The translations under genes were made by a program, and so were the position numbers. The notes beneath the pieces were generated by a model. It ran no database searches. It worked only from the letters and a program-made list of their open reading frames with translations, and was not told where the DNA came from. From Candidatus Woesearchaeota archaeon (GTDB lineage: Archaea; Nanobdellota; Nanobdellia; SCGC-AAA011-G17; JAFCDX01), in contig JAGVZV010000008.1 of assembly GCA_018302265.1 (NCBI GenBank), positions 1 to 35,886 on the forward strand: a DNA stretch of 35,886 nt, written 5' to 3'. Of this stretch, positions 17,918 to 24,793 are shown one piece after another. How positions within the stretch are numbered: position 1 is the first letter of the stretch; every line of letters begins with the position of its first letter.

Positions 17918-19263
17918 TCTAACTCCTGTCCTAAATCCAAGAATACAGGATGACCCTTGCCGTTTGCAGCATATAATTTGGCTGCTTTTTTAGCTTCTTC
18001 CAATTTATTTTTTTGTATACAATTAATAACAGCCTGATAATTATTTCTGCTTTCAAGGAATCTTTTTTTAACGCCAGGCAGTTCGCTTGTTCCATCTCCA
18101 AGCAATGTTTTTACTGCATACAACAATAATGGATCTTTTCTGCTATCATCTTTTAATTTACTAGCAACACCATCAGTTAATCTTAACCTGTGCCATAATG
18201 CATAAGGAGCTACAGTCAGCATGTGCTCTAGATTTACTTCTTTTAAATCCTGCAACCATGCTAATGCCTGTGAATATCTTACTATGCTTTTATCCTCTCT
18301 TCTGCTTCCAGAACCCTCTATTAAATTGTATAGATAATGTCCCTCTTCTCCATTTATTGGATCATTGCTTCTTTTCTGCCCAAATTTAGGATGTGTGTTT
18401 AATTCTGAAATCAGGAAACTCAAATAAGTCAAAGCATCCTTGTCTAGTGCAATCTTTCCTATTTCGCTGTCTATTTCATTTAGTTCTTGCTCTGTCAGTG
18501 TCTCTAATCCATTTTGCTTTAATTCTTTTCTGAACACTTCAGATAAATCATTAAGGCTATTCCTTATTTCTTGATATGGCTTTCCTGAATTTAGCAATTC
18601 AATTATTTTATTTGAAATTTCAGGATTTTTTAATATAGCATCTTTAGCACCATAATAATCCTGGCTAATTGCTATAGCATTTGCTACTCCTGGGAATTTG
18701 CTTTCTGTAGCTACATCAAATCTATCTAAAATAGGGGGTATAAGTGAATTATTTCCTCTATCTTCATAATTACATGTAGCAAAAAATGGTTGTTTATCTT
18801 GGCTTATATGCTCATTAAGATAACCCCATTCTCCCCTATCTAATCCATCCAAAAGCATAGACTGGCTTGATTCTGGTATTCTATTAAATTCATCAACTAT
18901 TTTTTGTGGCACTAAAACAAAGTGTTGCCATACAACATGTTCCTGACCCTGATGCATTTTACCATAATCTGGTCTTCCAACTATCTTTTCTTGTGTTAGT
19001 TGTGGACTTCCACGGATAACCGCCCTTCTTACAATTTCAATTGGTAAATTATTAAATAAAGAATGCAAGTATTCTGCGCTTGTAGTCTTACCCCCACCAT
19101 ATTCACCAAATAATATTTGTCTCCCTCTATTAAGCTCTGTTAATACACCAAATAATAGAGAAGAATTGAATTTATCATTGCCAATATTTAAATCATCTCT
19201 ACATAAATAAAAATTATTCCTAATCTGTTCATATAAACCCTTAACCTTATCTTGATATTTCAT
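17914..19263 (-). CDS. MoxR-like AAA+ ATPase
   Basis: Walker A GEYGGGKTT, Walker B KIVDEFNR, sensor-like FFATCNYEDRG and an RFD Arg. The C-terminal half is helical. Confidence 0.75.
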   Translation of the reverse strand: MKYQDKVKGLYEQIRNNFYLCRDDLNIGNDKFNSSLLFGVLTELNRGRQILFGEYGGGKTTSAEYLHSLFNNLPIEIVRRAVIRGSPQLTQEKIVGRPDYGKMHQGQEHVVWQHFVLVPQKIVDEFNRIPESSQSMLLDGLDRGEWGYLNEHISQDKQPFFATCNYEDRGNNSLIPPILDRFDVATESKFPGVANAIAISQDYYGAKDAILKNPEISNKIIELLNSGKPYQEIRNSLNDLSEVFRKELKQNGLETLTEQELNEIDSEIGKIALDKDALTYLSFLISELNTHPKFGQKRSNDPINGEEGHYLYNLIEGSGSRREDKSIVRYSQALAWLQDLKEVNLEHMLTVAPYALWHRLRLTDGVASKLKDDSRKDPLLLYAVKTLLGDGTSELPGVKKRFLESRNNYQAVINCIQKNKLEEAKKAAKLYAANGKGHPVFLDLGQELE

Positions 19264-19400
19264 CTTTTCTCCTCCTTCAGCAATTTCTCCAGACTGTATT
19301 CTATGACATGAGACCTGTTTCTAAATCTCCCATTTTCCAGCATAGAATCTATCAATTTTATCTTCTCTTCGTCCATTGACACACTTATTTTTTGCTTCAT
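19260..19400 (-). CDS. Ribbon-helix-helix (CopG/MetJ-type) DNA-binding protein, 46 aa
   Basis: MKQKISVSMDEEKIKLIDSMLENGRFRNRSHVIEYSLEKLLKEEKR* shows a beta-strand then two-helix pattern. Its stop overlaps the AAA+ ATG (ATGA). Below the ORF-track cutoff. Confidence 0.65.
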   Translation of the reverse strand: MKQKISVSMDEEKIKLIDSMLENGRFRNRSHVIEYSLEKLLKEEKR

Positions 19401-19412
19401 TTTATTAATTTA

Positions 19413-19430
19413 TGCTACTTCGTAGTAGCA
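19413..19430 (-). promoter_or_regulatory. Perfect 7-bp inverted repeat (TGCTACT-TCGT-AGTAGCA) between the TATA-like box and the RHH start; candidate operator
   Basis: The palindrome is read directly from the sequence. It lies 13-30 nt upstream of the RHH ATG and downstream of the TTTATAAATA box (19436-19445). Confidence 0.4.
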
Positions 19431-19435
19431 GAACT

Positions 19436-19480
19436 TATTTATAAACCTTTTGGTTTGTTGTTATTTTATAGAAGTAACAC
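19436..19480 (-). promoter_or_regulatory. Promoter-like block with TATA-type element, shared with the second DGR-like locus
   Basis: Minus strand GTGTTACTTCTATAAAATAACAACAAACCAAAAGGTTTATAAATA. About 85% identical to 28380-28422, which occupies the same position upstream of the other locus. Confidence 0.45.
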
Positions 19481-19550
19481 TAAATATCAACAACAACCCG
19501 AACTATAAAAGGTTTTTCCTTGATAAACATCTCGTTATAAGTTACAGCCT
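19480..19550 (-). pseudogene. Remnant copy of the archease gene 3' end (about 23 codons plus stop)
   Basis: The minus strand encodes AVTYNEMFIKEKPFIVRVVVDI*, versus AVTYNEMEIKEKPYMVQVVVDI* in the intact archease. About three quarters of nt are identical, including a perfect 17-mer AAATATCAACAACAACC (plus strand) in both copies. An in-frame stop lies immediately upstream. Confidence 0.75.
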
Positions 19551-19600
19551 AAACATATAATAAACGAAAGTTATATATATTAGTAACTATTGTTTATTAT

Positions 19601-20239
19601 ATGATTCCGCTAATATTAAAATTGAAAAAAGCCCAGCATAAAGGTATTGCCCAAGCGCAGGATTTGATAATTAAAGAATTATATAATGTATTTAATGAGG
19701 CAGTTTTGCATGGAGGAACCAGTATCTGGAGATGCTATAAAGGGAATAGATTTTCAGAGGACATCGATGTTTATATCCAAAAAGATATAAAAAAATTAGA
19801 TGAATTATTTGACAGATTTAAAAAAATAGGGTTTATAATAGAAAAAAGAAAGATAACAGAAAACAGCCTGTACTCCAATTTGAAATTTAACAGAATTTCT
19901 GTAAGATTTGAGGCTTTATTTAAAAGAATAAATGGTGCACTGATGGAATATGAAAATAGCGATGGAAATGTTATTATGGTATATTCATTAACCCCAGAAG
20001 AGTTAATAAAAGAAAAGGTAAATGCTTATTTAAACAGGAATAAAATAAGGGATTTATATGATATATTTTTCTTATTAAAATATATTAAGGATAAGATAAG
20101 CATAAAAGAAAGTTTATCCAATCTAATAAAAAATTTTAAAGCTCCAACAGATGAAAAAGATTTAAAGATTTTAATTTTAGAGGGAATTGTTCCAAAAGCA
20201 GAAAAAATGATGGAATATATAAAAAATAAAAATGGGTAA
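19601..20239 (+). CDS. AbiEii-like nucleotidyltransferase (type IV toxin-antitoxin / abortive-infection toxin family)
   Basis: LHGGTSIWRCYKGNRFSEDIDVY resembles the GGTAL..CY...R.S.D[IL]D NTase motif of AbiEii/DUF1814 proteins. Confidence 0.6.
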   Translation: MIPLILKLKKAQHKGIAQAQDLIIKELYNVFNEAVLHGGTSIWRCYKGNRFSEDIDVYIQKDIKKLDELFDRFKKIGFIIEKRKITENSLYSNLKFNRISVRFEALFKRINGALMEYENSDGNVIMVYSLTPEELIKEKVNAYLNRNKIRDLYDIFFLLKYIKDKISIKESLSNLIKNFKAPTDEKDLKILILEGIVPKAEKMMEYIKNKNG

Positions 20240-20819
20240 GGAAAAATATCTCAAAGACATAGAAAATATTTTTAAAAAGAGTGCAGTAGTTGATGCTAAA
20301 TCCATAGAGCGTTTTATAAAAAGCAAAAAGAGAATAAAACAATATCAAAAACAGCTGATAAGAAACCTTATTTTAAAGGGAAAAATTAAAAGATTAACTA
20401 AGGGGTACTATAGTTTGTATGATGATCCTTCATTACTGGTGTTTTGTTTTAAGCCAGCATATTTGGGGCTGCAGGATGCTATGAGCTTCAATAATTTATG
20501 GGAGCAAGAAACAATACCTGTAATAATCACCTCCAAAAAAATAAGGCAGGGCATTAGAAAAGTATTTGGAAACAATGTCTTGATAAGAAGGATTAAAAAA
20601 AGATATATATTTGGGTTTGAATATCAAAAACAAAAAGACTATTATCTGCCTTATTCTAATATAGAAAAAACATTTATAGACATGATATATTTCAATCAAA
20701 AAATAAGTGAAGAAGATTTAAAAAACATTCTTAAACAAGTAAACAAGCAAAAATTAAAATCTTATCTTAAAATATATCCGTTAAAATTCAGGAAAAATAT
20801 TTTAAATTTTATTTCATAA
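20232..20819 (+). CDS. AbiEi-like antitoxin / wHTH regulator
   Basis: The basic segment KQLIRNLILKGKIKRLTKGYYSL is typical of the AbiEi N-terminal domain. 8-nt overlap with the preceding NTase gene. The gene order (NTase first) is reversed relative to the usual abiEi-abiEii order. Confidence 0.45.
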   Translation: MGKEKYLKDIENIFKKSAVVDAKSIERFIKSKKRIKQYQKQLIRNLILKGKIKRLTKGYYSLYDDPSLLVFCFKPAYLGLQDAMSFNNLWEQETIPVIITSKKIRQGIRKVFGNNVLIRRIKKRYIFGFEYQKQKDYYLPYSNIEKTFIDMIYFNQKISEEDLKNILKQVNKQKLKSYLKIYPLKFRKNILNFIS

Positions 20820-21224
20820 TCAAATATCAACAACAACCTGAACCATATAAGGCTTTTCCTTTATCTCCATTTCATTGTATGTAACTGCCTTTATGTTTAT
20901 TTTTATATCATATTGATTATTGAATTTATCCCCAATCAGTTCAGCAGTTAATTCATTCCCATCAATTTTAATATTTCTAATTTTATGCAATAAAAACTTC
21001 TCTGTATCCAGCAATATAAGCAATTGTTCAAGAAAATTATATAATAAAGACTTTTTATCTGATCCTTTTACTTTTATCTTATGTGTTAATTTTGATTTTA
21101 TTTTATTATAATCTGTCATTACAGAAGTCATAGCCAAAGCTGCATTTGAAAATGCTTCTTCTAGTGATTTACCAAATGCCTGGAATTTAGCATCTGCTCT
21201 GTGCTCTAGAAATTTGTATTTCAT
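20820..21224 (-). CDS. Archease (RtcB activator)
   Basis: MKYKFLEHRADAKFQAFGKSLEEAFSNAALAM and the C-terminal KAVTYNEMEI... are archease hallmarks. 134 aa. Confidence 0.85.
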   Translation of the reverse strand: MKYKFLEHRADAKFQAFGKSLEEAFSNAALAMTSVMTDYNKIKSKLTHKIKVKGSDKKSLLYNFLEQLLILLDTEKFLLHKIRNIKIDGNELTAELIGDKFNNQYDIKINIKAVTYNEMEIKEKPYMVQVVVDI

Positions 21225-21226
21225 TT

Positions 21227-21628
21227 TTAACCTATTTTCTTATTTAACATAATTTCAAGTTTTTTTATTATATTTAATAATCTGTCTTTTTTATTTTTCA
21301 AGTAACTATTCTCTATTTCCTTCCCTTCATAAGAGCTTTTATTTCTTTTTATTCTCAAATCGTTTATTAAGTTTATTTCCAACTCATCCAGTTCTTTATA
21401 TTTTGAAAGTTCTTCTACCATCTCCTTGTGTGCATATTCTCCGATTGCCTTAATCCCATTTAGTAATAATACAGCAGTGACTAATTCTTTTATTATTTCA
21501 TAATAATTTTCTGCTGCATTTGTTGGAAATTTTGTTGAATCAATTGAAGAAACAAATTCTTTCCTGTTTTTTATTAATCTCAGCATGGATTTCGCTTTTT
21601 CCAGATCCGGAGTTACTTTGATTATCAT
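21227..21628 (-). CDS. HEPN domain protein (partner of the upstream MNT gene)
   Basis: Small helical protein. LRIKRNKSSYEG resembles the HEPN Rx4-6[HY] motif. 1-nt gap from the MNT gene. Confidence 0.6.
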   Translation of the reverse strand: MIIKVTPDLEKAKSMLRLIKNRKEFVSSIDSTKFPTNAAENYYEIIKELVTAVLLLNGIKAIGEYAHKEMVEELSKYKELDELEINLINDLRIKRNKSSYEGKEIENSYLKNKKDRLLNIIKKLEIMLNKKIG

Positions 21629-21629
21629 A

Positions 21630-22178
21630 TTAAAACACCTTCAGGTATCCCTTAAGAATTATGCCATTTATTATATTATTCTTCAATTCCTTAGGTATAT
21701 TTTTTATATTAGATTCAAATATCAAATGTATTTTTTTATCCAATTTTTCCTCAAATTTACTTAAATCTATTTTCTTTTCTTCCCCGATTATAAAGATATC
21801 AATATCTGATTCTTCTGTAAACTCCCCTTTTGAATAGCTCCCATACAAAACTATTACATCTGGTGAAAGAGAATTCCATAATTTATCAACTAATCCGCAG
21901 TCATTCAGCTCATAGATTATACTTATTTTTTTATATAAAATAAATTTTTCATTATCTCTTACTGCCTGATAAAAAGGGATCTCTCTCTTCTTGAATCTGC
22001 TGATTAAGCTTTCTTTCTCAAATTCCTTAAGATAATTCATGACAGATAAGGGTGATATTCTACTCAGCTTGCTTAATTCCCTAAGTCTAAATACTTCTGT
22101 TGGGGAGTCTAGAAAAACCTTCAAAAGCTTATATCTGTTATAATTTTGTAACATATGTAATAAAAATATAACACTCAT
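21630..22178 (-). CDS. Minimal nucleotidyltransferase (MNT) with an N-terminal wHTH
   Basis: VLYGSYSKGEFTEESDIDIFIIG is the GS...DxD Pol-beta-fold NTase motif. The N-terminal LLKVFLDSPTEVFRLRELSKLSRISPLSVMNYLKEFE is HTH-like. Confidence 0.7.
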   Translation of the reverse strand: MSVIFLLHMLQNYNRYKLLKVFLDSPTEVFRLRELSKLSRISPLSVMNYLKEFEKESLISRFKKREIPFYQAVRDNEKFILYKKISIIYELNDCGLVDKLWNSLSPDVIVLYGSYSKGEFTEESDIDIFIIGEEKKIDLSKFEEKLDKKIHLIFESNIKNIPKELKNNIINGIILKGYLKVF

Positions 22179-22212
22179 TTAAATAGTTTTCTATTCTTAA
22201 TATTTTAAAGAG

Positions 22213-22304
22213 TGGGCCCGGAGGGATTTGAACCCTCGGCCTTCGCCTTGTAAGGGCAACGTCTTAACCATTGTCCATCAAATAAGATTCTGGACCACAG
22301 GCCC
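22213..22304 (-). tRNA. tRNA-Val(UAC) with a 19-nt intron in the D-loop (after G15; 22271-22289)
   Basis: Acceptor GGGCCUG/CGGGCCC, anticodon arm UUGCC-CUUACAA-GGCGA, T arm GAGGG-UUCAAAU-CCCUC, discriminator A. The D region GUCC-AG[AAUCUUAUUUGAUGGACAA]UGGUUA-AGAC becomes a canonical AGUGGUUA D-loop after excision. GUCC/GGAC forms the 4-bp central helix, flanked by 3-nt bulges AGA and AAU. Confidence 0.8.
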
Positions 22305-22401
22305 AATATTGAATGAAAAATATCTTTTAAAAAGGTTTTGTTTAGTTATCTTACAGCACAAACACAAGGTTTATAAATAAATCTCTAAAATAGATAGGAT
22401 A

Positions 22402-23916
22402 ATGGAAGAGTCTCGAAAATTACCTGAATTGCCTGAGGAAATACCTGAAATTTCAAAGGAAGTTCAGAAAAAATTAGACGCTCTGAAGGTGAAATTAGAG
22501 CAGTTTAAGAAGTCAATTCTAAAGGAAAAGAACAACAATATAGTAGGAATTTCTTTACTGCCTCCAGAAAAAGAGAATAAGGATTTTATTAATGTTTTAG
22601 TCTTATTGAATACAGACAACGAGAAGGATCCAATAAGTTTCATAGATAGATCAATAAAATTTATTGAAAAACAGGCAACAGAAGTTGATAAAAACATAAA
22701 GCCAAGGATTATGTCTTTGTATGATCTAAAAGAATCCTGCTATGACGGCAAGTATGAAATTCTGAGGATGATTGCAATGTCCGCTCCGATACATGACCCG
22801 ATGGATGTCCTGTCAGCACTAAGAATTTCCGAGATACACAAGACAATGTCCCTTAAAAAATTTGAAAAATATATAGTCAGTTATGTTGCAGCAGGCTCAT
22901 TGTTCAGAGGAGAAAAGAGCAATGATATTGACATATACCTTGTTGTTGATGATACAGATGTTAAAAGAATGTCCAGAACAGAATTGAGGGATAAATTAGG
23001 GGCGATTATTCGTGGTATGGGTGCACAAGCAGCTGAATTAACAGGAATTAAAAAAACATTCCACATCCAAACCTATATTCTGACTGATTTTTGGGAGTCT
23101 ATAAAGGATGCCCACCCTGTTATTTTCACTTTACTGAGAGATGGTGTTCCATTATTTGATCGCGGTGTTTTCATGCCATGGAAATTATTATTAAAAATGG
23201 GGCGTATAAGGCCATCGCAAGAAGCAATTGAGATGCAGATGGATATAGGAGAAAGACTGATAGAAAGGACAAAATATAAATTATTAAGCGTTGTTGGGGA
23301 AGACTTGTATTATGCTGTCTTAAACCCGGCACAAGCCGCCCTAATGCTGTATGGCATAGCACCGCCAACCCCAAAAGAAACAATTGAGCTGCTTGACAAG
23401 ATATTTGTTAAGCAGGAAAAAATGCTTGAAAAGAAGTACGTTGACATTCTGGAAAAAATAAGGGTTTATTACAAGGATATTGAACACAGAAAGATCCAGA
23501 AAATATCAGGGAAAGATATAGATGAATTATTGATAAATTGTGAGGATTACTTAAAGAGAATAAAAAAACTATTCGAGCAGATACAAAAGAAAAAAGACAT
23601 TGAAAATGTGGAAGAAACATATGATTCCTGCACAAAGATAGCAAGGGAGATGATAGAATTAAACAAAATCAAGTTTACAGACGCGACCTTGTTAAGCTCA
23701 TTCAAACAAGTGATAGAGAAGGAAAAACTACCATCTCATCTGGGGGATATACTCAAACAAGTGATGTATATCAAAAGAGATTATAAAACAAAGAAACTAA
23801 CAACACAGGAGATAGAAAAGGTAAGGCGTGATGCTAGGATATACATGAAAAACTGTGTTGATTATATCCAGAGAAGAAACCTCTTTGAGTTAAGCAAAGT
23901 TAAAAAAGAAAAATAA
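22402..23916 (+). CDS. Large Pol-beta-superfamily nucleotidyltransferase-domain protein
   Basis: AAGSLFRGEKSNDIDIYLVVDD is an NTase motif (G[SG]...DxD). It is flanked by helical or coiled-coil regions. Specific family not recognised. Confidence 0.55.
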   Translation: MEESRKLPELPEEIPEISKEVQKKLDALKVKLEQFKKSILKEKNNNIVGISLLPPEKENKDFINVLVLLNTDNEKDPISFIDRSIKFIEKQATEVDKNIKPRIMSLYDLKESCYDGKYEILRMIAMSAPIHDPMDVLSALRISEIHKTMSLKKFEKYIVSYVAAGSLFRGEKSNDIDIYLVVDDTDVKRMSRTELRDKLGAIIRGMGAQAAELTGIKKTFHIQTYILTDFWESIKDAHPVIFTLLRDGVPLFDRGVFMPWKLLLKMGRIRPSQEAIEMQMDIGERLIERTKYKLLSVVGEDLYYAVLNPAQAALMLYGIAPPTPKETIELLDKIFVKQEKMLEKKYVDILEKIRVYYKDIEHRKIQKISGKDIDELLINCEDYLKRIKKLFEQIQKKKDIENVEETYDSCTKIAREMIELNKIKFTDATLLSSFKQVIEKEKLPSHLGDILKQVMYIKRDYKTKKLTTQEIEKVRRDARIYMKNCVDYIQRRNLFELSKVKKEK

Positions 23917-23961
23917 GCATAATTAGAAAGCTTTTTAAATCTTAATTTTTGGAATAAAGTC

Positions 23962-24219
23962 ATGGAAGGTCTTATATTAAATTATAGGAGAAGCAGGCAT
24001 GTTCAGAGGAACAAGCACATGATCATAAGAGTTCCCAGTATAGACACAAAGGAAAAAGCAAGCAAATTGATTAATAAAAAAGTAATGTGGAAAAGCCCCA
24101 CAGGCAAGGAACTAACAGGTGTAATAAAAAGCACGCACGGCAATACAGGTGCTGTAAGGGTTATTTTTGATAAGGGGCTGCCTGGGCAGTCTATGGGGGA
24201 TAAAATAAAAATAGAATAA
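23962..24219 (+). CDS. rpl35ae: Ribosomal protein eL33 (L35Ae)
   Basis: 85-aa protein with YRRSRHVQRNKHMIIRV...KVMWKSPTGKELTGVIKSTHGNTGAVRVIFDKGLPGQSMG, typical of L35Ae. Confidence 0.85.
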   Translation: MEGLILNYRRSRHVQRNKHMIIRVPSIDTKEKASKLINKKVMWKSPTGKELTGVIKSTHGNTGAVRVIFDKGLPGQSMGDKIKIE

Positions 24220-24220
24220 A

Positions 24221-24745
24221 ATGTCAACATTAAGAAAAGGAAAGTGTTACAGAAATTTTACAAGACCGTACACCAGAAAGAGCAAATTCAAGAAGTATTC
24301 ATACATATCAACAATACCCGAGAGCAAGATAGTAAAATTCAACTTTGGAGATTCTAAAAAGAAGTTTAAGTACATAGCAAGGCTTGTATCAAGGTTCGAT
24401 CACAATATAAGACACAATGCTTTAGAATCAGCGAGACAGGTAGTTAACAGGGATTTAGAAACAACAGTTGGAAGTGCATATTTTATGCGTGTTAGTGTCT
24501 ATCCTCATCACATTCTAAGGGAGAATAAGATGTTAACAGGCGCTCATGCAGATAGATTGCAAACAGGAATGGCCCATGCGTTTGGAAAGCCTGTTGGAAG
24601 GGCTGCAAGAGTAAAAAAAGGCAAAGTAGTGATTATGGTTGGCATTGATGAGAATGGATTAGAAATAGTAAAAAAGGCGTACAAAAAGGTCATGCCCAAA
24701 TTACCAGGAACTTATAGTGTAGAAATAGAACAACTAAATAAATAG
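24221..24745 (+). CDS. rpl10e: Ribosomal protein uL16 (L10e)
   Basis: LRKGKCYRNFTRPYTRKSKFKKYSYI, ...ENKMLTGAHADRLQTGM.HAFGKPVG.AARV are L10e hallmarks. Confidence 0.9.
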   Translation: MSTLRKGKCYRNFTRPYTRKSKFKKYSYISTIPESKIVKFNFGDSKKKFKYIARLVSRFDHNIRHNALESARQVVNRDLETTVGSAYFMRVSVYPHHILRENKMLTGAHADRLQTGMAHAFGKPVGRAARVKKGKVVIMVGIDENGLEIVKKAYKKVMPKLPGTYSVEIEQLNK

Positions 24746-24793
24746 CTTTTTATATTTCTAAATATCATACTTAACACAATAAAAGAGGATTAA

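Larger units (their letters stand above)
12540..19400 (-). mobile_element. DGR cassette: RHH - AAA+ - target1(VR3) - HExxH/VWA - target2(VR2) - target3(VR1) - TR - RT
   Basis: All genes lie on the minus strand with overlapping or abutting stop/start codons. The TR sits immediately upstream of the RT gene. Three VRs match the TR with adenine-specific differences. Confidence 0.85.
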
